From Acidobacteriota bacterium (lineage in GTDB: Bacteria > Acidobacteriota > UBA6911), in NCBI GenBank assembly GCA_963664705.1, contig OY761556.1, positions 6,400,001 to 6,464,000 of the forward strand: DNA of 64,000 nucleotides. The letters are read 5' to 3'. The position numbers and the translations under genes were made by a program. The notes beneath the pieces are model-generated. The model made no database searches, was not told the DNA's origin, and worked only from the letters and a program-made list of their open reading frames with translations. Positions 1-9,317 of the stretch are shown here, piece after piece. How positions within the stretch are numbered: position 1 is the first letter of the stretch; every line of letters starts with the position of its first letter.

Positions 1-1
1 G

Positions 2-262
2 GCGAGCGGGCCGCTGGAAAAAGTGCTGAAAGAGTTTAAGCCACGCCTGCGACATTGGTTTCGAGAAACGATCAGTACTTTGAAGGACAGCTACCACGTA
101 CAAACGGATCCCTTAAGGTATCGACATCAAGGTCAAGAATTCGGTGTTGCCGACGATGTAGTCAGATCTGACATCGTGTTATTGAAGCATGGCGGAAACG
201 GGAACATGATCGATTCAAATGAAGCCGTTCTGAAGGCAAACCCTGCATACCATCTGGACTGA
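2..262 (+). CDS. C-terminal part of a protein truncated by the window edge, function unknown
   Basis: Frame is open from the window start to TGA at 260-262; the next ATG starts at 266. Confidence 0.55.
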   Translation, partial: ASGPLEKVLKEFKPRLRHWFRETISTLKDSYHVQTDPLRYRHQGQEFGVADDVVRSDIVLLKHGGNGNMIDSNEAVLKANPAYHLD

Positions 263-265
263 CAA

Positions 266-955
266 ATGCTCTTTGGCAGGAAAAGGGAAGTCTGCAAACT
301 GGTCCTCAATCTACGCAACGGAATAGGTACGCTCGTCTTTGGCGCTCAAGGTGTCGGGAAATCTGCCATTTTGCTGGAAGCAGCAGCCATGCTTGCTTCG
401 GAAGGCGTTGAGGTTGTCTACGTAAATGACTGCAGATCCCGGAGGACGCTTCTTGAAGAGGCGATAAAAAACCGATGCCTCAGCAATTCGCAAATTCGGG
501 AAATGTCCGTAAAGGACCTGCGAAATGCGTTGCTGCGGTCAGGAAAAAAACAACGCCTTTGCCTCATTCTGGATCATTTGCCAAGGCTGCATCATCCGCT
601 GCAACATCTGATTGAGATCATGGAAGAGCATTGTGTCCTGGCATTCGGGGTGACCAGTGTCCCCGGCTCGTACGATCTTTATTTCTGGAAATTTAAGTCT
701 CTCGAGATCAACAACCTTACCAGAAAGGCCTCTCTGGATTGGATCAATGAGGAACTCCGGAATATGAACTATTCCGAGGCGCTGAGAAAGAACATTGCCT
801 CCGAAATCTTCCGATTAACCCGCGGGAATCCGGGCGCAATTTCCCGAACCATGTCTGCCATTAGCAAACAACCCAGGCTTGTGGACGATCCGATTCGAAT
901 CCGGCGCATATTTGTGGATGGCAAAATAAGTCAGCTCAGTTCGAGACAACTGTGA
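266..955 (+). CDS. P-loop NTPase (AAA-like)
   Basis: Walker A GAQGVGKS, Walker B-like LCLILD, and C-terminal TRGNP typical of STAND/AAA domains. Confidence 0.75.
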   Translation: MLFGRKREVCKLVLNLRNGIGTLVFGAQGVGKSAILLEAAAMLASEGVEVVYVNDCRSRRTLLEEAIKNRCLSNSQIREMSVKDLRNALLRSGKKQRLCLILDHLPRLHHPLQHLIEIMEEHCVLAFGVTSVPGSYDLYFWKFKSLEINNLTRKASLDWINEELRNMNYSEALRKNIASEIFRLTRGNPGAISRTMSAISKQPRLVDDPIRIRRIFVDGKISQLSSRQL

Positions 956-1473
956 TGCATCACCTGCGTCAGGGTTTGATTCTGGAGAGCCTTCTCGGCT
1001 GGTTAGCCGTTGACACTCACCTTCTCCGCATTGACCAGGCCGACTCATACATCAGCATAAAACACCAATAAATGGATATAGGATATTAGATTGTGTAGAC
1101 AAGTATTCCACATAACAATAGAAAAACCCGCCACACTGCCGTTGCACTCCAATTAGGTATTATCACTGACCTCCGGAAGCCTTCATCTGACAAGGGTTTA
1201 CGCAGGTTGGGAATAATCCACTTTAGACCGTTTGGGATTTTATGGGATTATTAGCAATTCACTTCTCTAAGACATATGATATCAAATAGAGATTACCTGG
1301 AAGTGCAATAACCACAGGACGATCGGAGCCTGGCAAAGTTACGAATAATCGAATTATTCTGACTTCGACCATGGGATTTTGCATACACAAGTGGGCGAAG
1401 AAAGCGCAAATTCCTCTCAAAATATTTTGGGTGTCATCTCTGTATGTTGTTGATTTTGTGTAACTTGGAGAGT

Positions 1474-1522
1474 TGGTAGCGACGGGTGGATTTGAACCAC
1501 CGACCTCGGGGTTATGAATCCC
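1474..1522 (-). mobile_element. att site: 3' fragment of a CAT-anticodon tRNA (Met-type)
   Basis: Minus strand reads GGGATTCATAACCCCGAGGTCGGTGGTTCAAATCCACCCGTCGCTACCA: anticodon loop, T-arm, acceptor 3' strand and CCA. No 5' half or D-arm lies upstream. Confidence 0.85.
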
Positions 1523-1539
1523 TAACCTGCCTGAACGTC

Positions 1540-1644
1540 GTACTAAACGGTACTAAAACCTCCTATAAATCCTGGATTCGGCGGAATTCTTTTAGGACGG
1601 TTTCGGCTCCAGTAGGATCCAGAACCGCCACACAACCGTCACAC
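1540..1644. repeat. Short direct repeats next to att (candidate integrase arm or accessory sites)
   Basis: GTACTAAA twice at 1540 and 1550; AACCG(C/T)CACAC twice at 1623 and 1634. Confidence 0.55.
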
Positions 1645-1716
1645 TCGCTGCTTTTGGATCAAAAAGCCATCGGCGGCGCCTGTGACAAGTTTGTTCCGAC
1701 GAATCGAGGATACAAA

Positions 1717-2523
1717 ATGGCATATACATTCACGCTCACTAATGCAAAAGGCGGCTGCGGTAAAACCACAACAGCTCTAAACCTAGCAATTTGCTTTGCA
1801 AAGGCAGGATATCGTACCCTTGCCATCGATTTGGATCAACAAGGAAATTTGAGTTCCGGCCTGGGCGTTGATCTCAACCAACTAAACATGACGGCGCATC
1901 GTTTGCTGATTAACGAAGTGCCGGAGATTGGTAAGTATCTCGTTGAGGTCCGTCCTCAACTGAAGCTGTTGCCTAATTCCATCGATATCGAAGCCGACGA
2001 TCTGCTGGAAGCCAAGAAGGTCAACCGAGAGGTTCTCCTTCGCCGACAACTTAAACCGATCAAGACTGAGTTCGATGTCATCCTGATCGACACTCCGCCG
2101 GCAATGCGGGCAGCCACAGTCAACGCTCTGGTTGTTGCCGACTCAGTCATTGTCCCAATCGACAGCAGTTCATTTGCTCTCCTGGGCATGACTCAGCTGC
2201 TTAAAACCATCGCGGCCATCAGCGAGACTCATAACCCCAATCTGAAAATCCATGTTCTGACAACGATGTTCAACAAGCGACAGAACCTGGACAAAGTCAT
2301 CCGCCAGCAGGTCGAAGAATTCTTCGGTCAGAGCCTGGTTCTGGAATCAATCATTCATCGTTATGTCGGTGTTGCTGAAGCAACCGCCATGAAGAAAGGA
2401 GTAGTGGAAAACACTGCTGCTACGTCCGCCACGTTCGACTTTACGAAGCTCTTCAACGAACTCAAAGAGGAAATGGATCATGAACAAGAGAGACATGCAG
2501 CAGCTGAAAGCATCAATCGCTAG
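1717..2523 (+). CDS. parA: ParA/Soj family partition ATPase
   Basis: Deviant Walker A KGGCGKTTT, DLDQQGN and LIDTPP; ATG 1717 follows GAGGA. Confidence 0.93.
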   Translation: MAYTFTLTNAKGGCGKTTTALNLAICFAKAGYRTLAIDLDQQGNLSSGLGVDLNQLNMTAHRLLINEVPEIGKYLVEVRPQLKLLPNSIDIEADDLLEAKKVNREVLLRRQLKPIKTEFDVILIDTPPAMRAATVNALVVADSVIVPIDSSSFALLGMTQLLKTIAAISETHNPNLKIHVLTTMFNKRQNLDKVIRQQVEEFFGQSLVLESIIHRYVGVAEATAMKKGVVENTAATSATFDFTKLFNELKEEMDHEQERHAAAESINR

Positions 2524-3703
2524 AGATTTGGTACAAGGCCAGGGGGACAATTCAGCGACCAGAGATTTGCTAAAGCAGTACGTTCCGCTTAATGGGGTCG
2601 TTAGCAAGTCGGAGCCGGAAATTCGACACGAAATGCCTGTGGAAAACTGCCTGGCACCACGTGCCACCGTGGCACAGAACGACATTCCTGCATGGCACGG
2701 TGCCACCGTGGCACCTCATGCTACCCTGGCACCACATGCCACGGTAGCACGATATGCTAGGGTGGAAGGCGAATTGCGCGTTCCAAATACCATCAGTTTC
2801 CGCCTATTTCCTACGCTCGATCCGTTCGCAAAAGCGGTTTATTACCAACTCTTCTTAAAGTCATATGGTTTCCGGAGCAATACATGCCTGGTTAGCCTTC
2901 CGACATTGGCAAAATCGGTGCTGATGTCCCAGCGAAAGGTTCAAAACACAATCAGTTATCTCGAATCGCGCGGATTGGTTAAAAGGCTTGGATCCAGGCT
3001 CGGTGGAAAAGATCGCGGCAATTATTATCAGGTGTTTGTTCCGGAAGATGCTCCTTCAAACAACCCCAATATTCCGCCAGATGAATACGATGAAACAGAG
3101 ACCGGCTGCATGGCACCTGATGCCACCCTGGCACCACGTGCCAGCCTAGCACCAGATGCTACGGTGGCACGAGGTGCCACCAATCAAAATGATGATGATG
3201 ATGATATAAAAATAAAAAACAAATCATCATCATCAAAAGGCGAAGAAACCAAAATTGGCGGCAAGCTTGTGGAAAACCACACCCCCGCGGCGGCGCCGCG
3301 AGAGAAAGAAACTGCCGAACAAAACTTTCTGCTCGTGCGCGAAGCGTATGAAAAAGCAACCGGGAATCGGTGGAATCAATCCGATTCCGATGCCTACAAG
3401 CAAAACAGCATCGGAAATTTTCCGGCAAACAAAATCGCCTCGGTCATAGAAACAGTAGTTCGTCGAACGCCGACAAAGATCAACAGCTTCAAATATTTCG
3501 TAAAGGAAATCACCGTCCAGCCGGATCCACGCAATCGCGCCTGGCAGAAAAAGCGGCTTGAGAAAATCGTTCACAAAATCCGGGATATTTCGGTTGGCCG
3601 TGGCAACTATTCGATGGCCGATTTTGTGGAGGACGTCAAATGCAGCTGCGCTCGGGAGGGAGTTGTGTTCGAGAACGATCTGTTTAACGAACTGGTGAGC
3701 TGA
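2480..3703 (+). CDS. Winged-HTH replication-initiator-like protein with internal iterons
   Basis: wHTH-like segment SLPTLAKSVLMSQRKVQNTISYLESRGLVKR; APxAT(V/L)A repeats are encoded by 18-bp DNA repeats; overlaps parA. Confidence 0.65.
   Translation: MNKRDMQQLKASIARDLVQGQGDNSATRDLLKQYVPLNGVVSKSEPEIRHEMPVENCLAPRATVAQNDIPAWHGATVAPHATLAPHATVARYARVEGELRVPNTISFRLFPTLDPFAKAVYYQLFLKSYGFRSNTCLVSLPTLAKSVLMSQRKVQNTISYLESRGLVKRLGSRLGGKDRGNYYQVFVPEDAPSNNPNIPPDEYDETETGCMAPDATLAPRASLAPDATVARGATNQNDDDDDIKIKNKSSSSKGEETKIGGKLVENHTPAAAPREKETAEQNFLLVREAYEKATGNRWNQSDSDAYKQNSIGNFPANKIASVIETVVRRTPTKINSFKYFVKEITVQPDPRNRAWQKKRLEKIVHKIRDISVGRGNYSMADFVEDVKCSCAREGVVFENDLFNELVS
2652..2762. repeat. Iteron cluster 1 (18-bp quasi-palindrome TRGCAC-N3-RTGCYA-N3)
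   Basis: Units at 2652, 2709, 2727 and 2745, plus partial copies at 2670 and 2693. Confidence 0.8.
3111..3235. repeat. Iteron cluster 2 plus A-rich segment and inverted repeat (candidate origin)
   Basis: Four units with exact 18-bp period (3111, 3129, 3147, 3165), then TGATGATGATGAT, an A-rich spacer and ATCATCATCATCA. Confidence 0.75.
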
Positions 3704-3774
3704 TTTTTGCCGGCGGATATTGTCTGGGAAAGATGGTTCATCAATTCTTGTGCGAAGGAGGTTTGTAAAAACCT

Positions 3775-3966
3775 ATGCTAACGGGAATACGAATAATTGG
3801 TCTGGGAATATGGGTTGCGATTCTCAGTATGGCGATCTCAGCGTTGTTCTTCCGACATAGCACGGAGGAAAATGCCACGCTTATTTTCGTGGCTATCATG
3901 GACTTCATTGTGATTGCGCTCGCTGCGAAAGCCGTGCTGATAATGTGCCACAAAAAGCGAAGTTGA
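3775..3966 (+). CDS. Small two-TM membrane protein (putative)
   Basis: 63 aa with two hydrophobic stretches and a basic C-terminus. Confidence 0.4.
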   Translation: MLTGIRIIGLGIWVAILSMAISALFFRHSTEENATLIFVAIMDFIVIALAAKAVLIMCHKKRS

Positions 3967-4025
3967 GAGTCCTTTTATCCATTTGGCTTCCCATGGCTCT
4001 GAAAGCAGAAAAAATCCGCTTGCTC

Positions 4026-4057
4026 TTGTCACGAAAAATACCTATTATTCGTGACAA
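4026..4057. promoter_or_regulatory. Inverted-repeat operator upstream of the AbiE-type operon
   Basis: TTGTCACGAA-N12-TTCGTGACAA ends 16 bp before the ATG; AbiEi-type antitoxins autoregulate through inverted repeats. Confidence 0.7.
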
Positions 4058-4073
4058 ATCACTCGGATCGCAT

Positions 4074-4697
4074 ATGGAACAAAACATTGCAAATAAGATA
4101 CTTTCACGGATATATGGTCTTGGTAGGGGTAAGGTGTTTACCCCAAAAGACTTCTTGGATCTGGGCAGCCACGAAATAGTGCGACAATCCTTGTCTCGAT
4201 TGGCCAAAGAAGGCAAAATCCGCCGCTTACTGAGAGGTGTTTATGAATATCCGGCATTTAGCAGGCTACTAAATGCACCGGCAAATCCGGATCCGGACAC
4301 AATCGCTCAGGCCATCGCGCGGGCACACGGGTGGACGCTCATTCCTTCTGGAGAAACGGCGCTGAATATTTTGGGTTTGTCGACGCAAGTGACAGCTCAA
4401 TGGCAGTACTACAGCGACGGACCATCCAAAAAGTTCAACTGGCAAGGCGGAACTCTGATTTTGAAGCATCGGACGAATAAGGAAACATCGAAGCTTTCTC
4501 CAATGACAGCTTTGGTGGTCCAGGCGCTCAAGGCATTGGGCGAAGATAATGTCGATAAATCTGTGCCGGCGACACTCCGGAAAAAACTAGATTCGGCCGA
4601 GCGCAATCGCGCTGTTCGAGAAGCCCGATACGTCACTTCCTGGATTTATGAAATCATCAAGAAATTAGCGGCGGAGGATAAATCACTCAATGCGTGA
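4074..4697 (+). CDS. AbiEi-like (DUF6088-type) type IV antitoxin, wHTH
   Basis: VFTPKDFLDLGS...LSRLAKEGKIRRLLRGVY and PSGETALNILGLSTQV; overlaps the toxin gene. Confidence 0.8.
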   Translation: MEQNIANKILSRIYGLGRGKVFTPKDFLDLGSHEIVRQSLSRLAKEGKIRRLLRGVYEYPAFSRLLNAPANPDPDTIAQAIARAHGWTLIPSGETALNILGLSTQVTAQWQYYSDGPSKKFNWQGGTLILKHRTNKETSKLSPMTALVVQALKALGEDNVDKSVPATLRKKLDSAERNRAVREARYVTSWIYEIIKKLAAEDKSLNA

Positions 4698-5676
4698 CGT
4701 TGCACGATTGCCGGAAAATGATCGGCGGGATCTGTTCAGGGCGGCAGCACAGAAAATGCGCATTCATGAAGCCATTGTCGAGAAAGATTTCTGGGTTTGC
4801 TGGATCTTGGATTACCTCTTTCACGACTACCCATCGAAAGATCATTTTGTTTTCAAAGGTGGAACCAGTCTTTCCAAAGCCTTTGGCGCAATCGAGAGAT
4901 TTTCAGAAGATATCGATCTTATCCTGGATTGGAAACTCCTTGGATATTCGCCGGAAGAACCGTGGCAGAAACGTAGTGCGACAAAGCAGGATGCCTTTGG
5001 CAAGGAATCCAACCGACGAACAGCCGATTTTCTCACACGAGAGTTTGTACCGGCAATTCATCAAGGTTTGTCCGAACTGATTGGACGCACCATAGGAGTA
5101 GAGGCGCGAGAACAGGATGTTCTCATAACATATCCCGCCGCATTTTCGCTTGCAGCTATTCAACCCCAGATCAGGCTTGAAATTGGTCCAATGGCGGCAT
5201 GGGTTCCCAATGAGCAGCGGGCAATTCATCCATATGCATCGGATCATTTTCCGCAATTATTCAAACAGGCTGAAACCTCGATTTGTACCATTGTGGCGGA
5301 ACGGACCTTCTGGGAAAAAGCGACAATCCTGCACCAGGAAGCACATCGCGGACCGGACAAGCCATTGCCTCGACACTATTCGCGTCACTACTACGATCTG
5401 TATAGGCTAAGCCTCCTTCCGATCCGTGATAATGCCTTCAAGAAGATCGATCTGCTGCAGGATGTGGTTCAATTCAAGATGCGGTTTTACCGTTGTCCAT
5501 GGGCTAGGTATGAAGATGCAAAGCCCGGAAGCTTGAAATTGCTGCCACCCGAGCATCACCTCGCGGAACTGAAGAGAGATTACCAGTCAATGCAGGACAT
5601 GCTTTTCGGAAAAATACCAGGTTTCGATGAAATCATGGCGCAGATTGAATCTTTGGAGAAGATGATTAACGCGTAG
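4690..5676 (+). CDS. abiEii: AbiEii/AbiGii family nucleotidyltransferase toxin
   Basis: VEKDFWV, FKGGTSLSK, RFSEDIDL, RTFWEK and RHYYD motifs. Confidence 0.9.
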   Translation: MRDVARLPENDRRDLFRAAAQKMRIHEAIVEKDFWVCWILDYLFHDYPSKDHFVFKGGTSLSKAFGAIERFSEDIDLILDWKLLGYSPEEPWQKRSATKQDAFGKESNRRTADFLTREFVPAIHQGLSELIGRTIGVEAREQDVLITYPAAFSLAAIQPQIRLEIGPMAAWVPNEQRAIHPYASDHFPQLFKQAETSICTIVAERTFWEKATILHQEAHRGPDKPLPRHYSRHYYDLYRLSLLPIRDNAFKKIDLLQDVVQFKMRFYRCPWARYEDAKPGSLKLLPPEHHLAELKRDYQSMQDMLFGKIPGFDEIMAQIESLEKMINA

Positions 5677-5695
5677 ATTGCGTCAGAAAATAGCC

Positions 5696-6349
5696 ATGCG
5701 AATCCGATCAGACGAACTTGTTGCAGGTTTTCCTGCCAAACAGATTAGAGAGCTTCTGCGCCAAAACGATCAGTACCTATCTGTCATTCATGTTGCCAAG
5801 GTTTTAGGACTCAGAGGGAAAAAGGCTCTGAAGCTTTTGGAGACTCTCGAAAGGCAGGAATTCATTGAGAAGAGTGACACAGATTCTGATGGTACGCAGT
5901 ATTGGAAACTCACGCTCCGAGGAAGTGCGCTTAGTAAAGCACTATTCTCCGCTCCTGTCTCCCGGAGGAATGCGGAGAAGAAACTGAGTGAATTCATCGA
6001 CCGTGTTCACAGCGTAAACGAGGATAGCCGGTTTCTATATAGGGTTCGCAAAGTGATTGTATTTGGCAGTTTCCTAACTGAGTCGCCTACCGTTGGAGAC
6101 GTGGATATCGCAATCGATCTGGAACCCAAAGAGCCTGACACGAAAAGGCACTCAGATTTGGTTCAAGACCGTGCGGACAAAGCTGCTCGAAATGGCAAAC
6201 GCTTTCAGAATTTCGTCGAGAGGCTCTATTTTGCTGACCGCGAAGTGAGATCATTTCTAAAAGCCCGTTCAAGAATCATTCAGCTAACGGATTGCGGCGA
6301 TGGTGTCCTGAAGATTGCTGAACATAGGGTCATTTACGAATACCAATAA
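5696..6349 (+). CDS. wHTH plus Pol-beta-like nucleotidyltransferase domain protein
   Basis: N-terminal HTH; VIVFGSFL...GDVDIAID (GS...DxD motif). Confidence 0.7.
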   Translation: MRIRSDELVAGFPAKQIRELLRQNDQYLSVIHVAKVLGLRGKKALKLLETLERQEFIEKSDTDSDGTQYWKLTLRGSALSKALFSAPVSRRNAEKKLSEFIDRVHSVNEDSRFLYRVRKVIVFGSFLTESPTVGDVDIAIDLEPKEPDTKRHSDLVQDRADKAARNGKRFQNFVERLYFADREVRSFLKARSRIIQLTDCGDGVLKIAEHRVIYEYQ

Positions 6350-6457
6350 ATTCAGGCTAGGATGCGCACTTAATGAGCATTCTGAAGGAAACTGCAATAG
6401 AATCCACCGCCTGTCTAAAAATCGATTGAGGATCAACCTCGCTGGACAGGCACAAGA

Positions 6458-7828
6458 TCACGCCTCTGAACTTGACTGAGCCATATATTGAACAAAATGA
6501 TTCACGGCTTCCGGACATGAAGCAAAGTGAAGATGAATATAGCTGGCCAGGATATTCTTGTTTGTGAATCCTTCCCGAAATGTCTCTCCGGACCGCGTCA
6601 GCCTGACTGTGTAGGCGGTTACCCAGTTTGGAGGGTAAATCAGTTCGGAATAGTGATATTCATGGCCGCGCAGGATTTCCCCTTCCAATCCCCAAAACGT
6701 TAATGCGGCGAGTTGCACTTCAACATATCGGAGCGTTTTCAGTCTATTTCCTATGCGCACCCAGCTTGGCAGCAATCCGACCTGCGGATAGCGACTGCCG
6801 TCTTGCCGCTCTATTCCTTCGACGAGATACATTAGACCACCGCACTCCGCATAGATCGTGCCGGAGAAATTTCGAATCTGTTCCAATATCGGACCATTGG
6901 CAGAAAGCTCAGCGGCATGTTCCTCTGGATAGCCACCTCCAATGTAAAGCCCGTTCAGTCCATTGGGAAGTCGGGAATCGTGAATAGGCGAAAACTCCAC
7001 TAACTCGCAGCCAGCCTGCTCCAAGGCATCGAGATTGTCCGGATAATAGAAATGGAATGCTTCATCCCTGGCGATTCCTAATCTGCATCGTTTCGGCACA
7101 GGATGGATGTCCGGAAAAAGATCCGGTTGCGGAGGCACTGCTTGCGCCGCTTTCACAATGCTCTCTATATCCACCGTCGGGGCCAGGACATCCGCCAATC
7201 TCTCGATCAAATGGCTGGGGCTGCTATTTAAATTGGCGTTTACCAAACCAAGATGGCGACTCGATAATTCGGGAAGGCTTTCGCGCATCACAAAGCCCAG
7301 CATCTTTGTACGAGACTTTGATTCCACAGCTTCACGTAACCCGCGCGCATGGCTTTCCGAACCGCAACGATTGGCGATAACACCGACAATCTGAACACCA
7401 TGTTCGAAGGTCGAGTATCCATGCATGATTGCTGCAAGGCTACCCGCCAATCCGGATACATCCGTAACCAGGATTATGGGCGCATCCAGCCATTGTGCGA
7501 TTTGCGCAGTGCTTCCATCTAAGGAAACAGGATCGGCTCCATCAAATAGCCCCATGACTCCCTCAATAACGGCGATATCCGAATCTGCCGTTGCGCGGGA
7601 GAACAGGCGTTCTATGTATCTCCTGCCGGTCATCCAACTATCAAGGTTATAGCAGGGCCGGCCGGAGGCCATTGCGAGATAGGTTGGATCCAAATAGTCC
7701 GGCCCAACCTTGAAAGTTTGCACGCGCAATCCATTGCGCCGAAGCAGCGCCACAATTCCAAGCGTCAGTGACGTTTTGCCAACACCACTGTGAGTCCCCG
7801 CTATGACTATTCTGGGGATGTGCCGCAT
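6458..7828 (-). CDS. cbiA: Cobyrinate a,c-diamide synthase
   Basis: SGVGKT, FKVGPDYLDP, IEGVMGLFDG; GATase AECGGLMYL and GHEYHYS. Confidence 0.95.
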   Translation of the reverse strand: MRHIPRIVIAGTHSGVGKTSLTLGIVALLRRNGLRVQTFKVGPDYLDPTYLAMASGRPCYNLDSWMTGRRYIERLFSRATADSDIAVIEGVMGLFDGADPVSLDGSTAQIAQWLDAPIILVTDVSGLAGSLAAIMHGYSTFEHGVQIVGVIANRCGSESHARGLREAVESKSRTKMLGFVMRESLPELSSRHLGLVNANLNSSPSHLIERLADVLAPTVDIESIVKAAQAVPPQPDLFPDIHPVPKRCRLGIARDEAFHFYYPDNLDALEQAGCELVEFSPIHDSRLPNGLNGLYIGGGYPEEHAAELSANGPILEQIRNFSGTIYAECGGLMYLVEGIERQDGSRYPQVGLLPSWVRIGNRLKTLRYVEVQLAALTFWGLEGEILRGHEYHYSELIYPPNWVTAYTVRLTRSGETFREGFTNKNILASYIHLHFASCPEAVNHFVQYMAQSSSEA

Positions 7829-8346
7829 CAATATTCAACTCCGCGCTGAGCCGTGTTCCCCTGCTGCAATGCATGCTTTACACAATGCATTTCGGTAACC
7901 GTGTCCGCTGCCTCAATCAAGCCTGGGCTCGCATGCCTGCCGGTCAGGATGATGCATGAAACCGTTGTTTCTTTTTTCAGAAGCTCCAATACTCGATCTT
8001 CTTCAATGAGCTTTTTGTGAACGGCAATACAAACTTCATCCAACACAATAAGGTCGTGTAATCCCGCACTCAGCGCTTTTTCAGCAAAGGTCATGGCATC
8101 GCTGGCCGTCTGGCAATGATCCTTGAATTGCGAATGGTTTGGGTTCGGAACGAAACCGCGCCCCATCTGTACAATCTCGACCCCGGCAAGAACCCTGCCG
8201 GCACCGGCTTCTCCAGTCTCGCCATCCGACTTGACAAACTGAATGACCAGGCACTTCTGGCCATGGCCGGCAGCGCGCAAAACGACTCCGAGCGCCGCCG
8301 TGGTTTTTCCTTTCCCATCACCGGTGAACAACAAAATGCGTTTCAT
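7828..8346 (-). CDS. cobO: Corrinoid adenosyltransferase (CobO/BtuR/CobA type)
   Basis: TGDGKGKTTAALG, QFVK, LDEV, ILTGR and ADTVTEM. Confidence 0.95.
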   Translation of the reverse strand: MKRILLFTGDGKGKTTAALGVVLRAAGHGQKCLVIQFVKSDGETGEAGAGRVLAGVEIVQMGRGFVPNPNHSQFKDHCQTASDAMTFAEKALSAGLHDLIVLDEVCIAVHKKLIEEDRVLELLKKETTVSCIILTGRHASPGLIEAADTVTEMHCVKHALQQGNTAQRGVEY

Positions 8347-8372
8347 GCCGATTCCTCCAGAATAAGGCAAGT

Positions 8373-9317
8373 CTAGACGATTGCTGCGCGAACGCCGGCA
8401 AACAGCAGCAAGAACAGGATCGCGGTACCAAGCATTAATTGGTTGGCCGAGAGAATATCGCGTGTGTCGAGTGATCGCAGCGGATCGCCGAAATAATTTC
8501 CCTCATACCGCTCGCCGCCATAATAATTCACGCCTCCAAGTTGTACGCCCAATGCTCCGGCCACAGCTGCTTCCGATAATCCGGCATTGGGGCTGGCGTG
8601 CTTGCGCCCATCCCGCAAACAAATACGCAGACAATTCAGCGGCCGGAATCCCAGGATTGCGGCTGCTGCTGCAATCAAGGGAGCCGTTACCCTGGCCGGC
8701 AGATAATTCGCAACGTCATCCAATCTCGCGGAGGCCCATCCGAAATACAGGTATCGTTCGTCTTTGTAGCCGAATGTGGAGTCCAATGTGCTGACAGCCT
8801 TATACATCATTGCAGCAAGCGGGCCTCCCAGGATGGCAAAAAACAGCGGCGCAGTAATTCCATCCACAAGATTTTCCGCCACGCTCTCTACTGCGGCCCG
8901 TGAGACATCCCGCTCATTTAGTTGATCCGTGTCTCGTCCCACGAGCATGGAAACGCAGCGTCGCGCCTCCCCCAGATCTTTCTGCCTAAGAGCCCGATAG
9001 ACACGATAGCTGTGTTTCGCAAGATCCCTGGAAGCAAAGGTGGTATAAAGCAAAACGATGGACACGGCATTGCCGGCATAAGGATGCATCCGTGACGATC
9101 CCGAAATCAGGGCATATGTGATTAGGCCTGTAAGTCCGACAACCAGAGATGCCGCAGTAATTCCGGCTATACGCTCGTTTGGAATCATGCGTCGCAACGG
9201 CTTTTCCAATGTCACAGCGAACCTGCCGATCCATCTGACCGGATGAGGAAACCATCGCGGATCCCCGAGCAGAAGGTCTAATCCAAACGCCGCCAGTATC
9301 TGAATCTCGAGTCTCAT
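8373..9317 (-). CDS. cbiB: Adenosylcobinamide-phosphate synthase
   Basis: [25 protein letters not shown] and SPNAG. Confidence 0.95.
   Translation of the reverse strand: MRLEIQILAAFGLDLLLGDPRWFPHPVRWIGRFAVTLEKPLRRMIPNERIAGITAASLVVGLTGLITYALISGSSRMHPYAGNAVSIVLLYTTFASRDLAKHSYRVYRALRQKDLGEARRCVSMLVGRDTDQLNERDVSRAAVESVAENLVDGITAPLFFAILGGPLAAMMYKAVSTLDSTFGYKDERYLYFGWASARLDDVANYLPARVTAPLIAAAAAILGFRPLNCLRICLRDGRKHASPNAGLSEAAVAGALGVQLGGVNYYGGERYEGNYFGDPLRSLDTRDILSANQLMLGTAILFLLLFAGVRAAIV

Noticed and set aside
956-1120. Structured RNA or riboswitch downstream of the AAA gene
   Set aside because: No convincing consensus motif was found by eye on either strand.
1474-1560. Complete tRNA-Met gene
   Set aside because: Only the anticodon-to-CCA part is present; the upstream sequence cannot form a D-arm or acceptor 5' strand.
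1486-1716. N-terminal extension of ParA in the ORF track
   Set aside because: It runs through the att/tRNA fragment; the RBS and family start fit ATG 1717.
2652-3182. CRISPR array
   Set aside because: The repeats are contiguous 18-mers inside a CDS with no unique spacers, and no cas genes are in the window.
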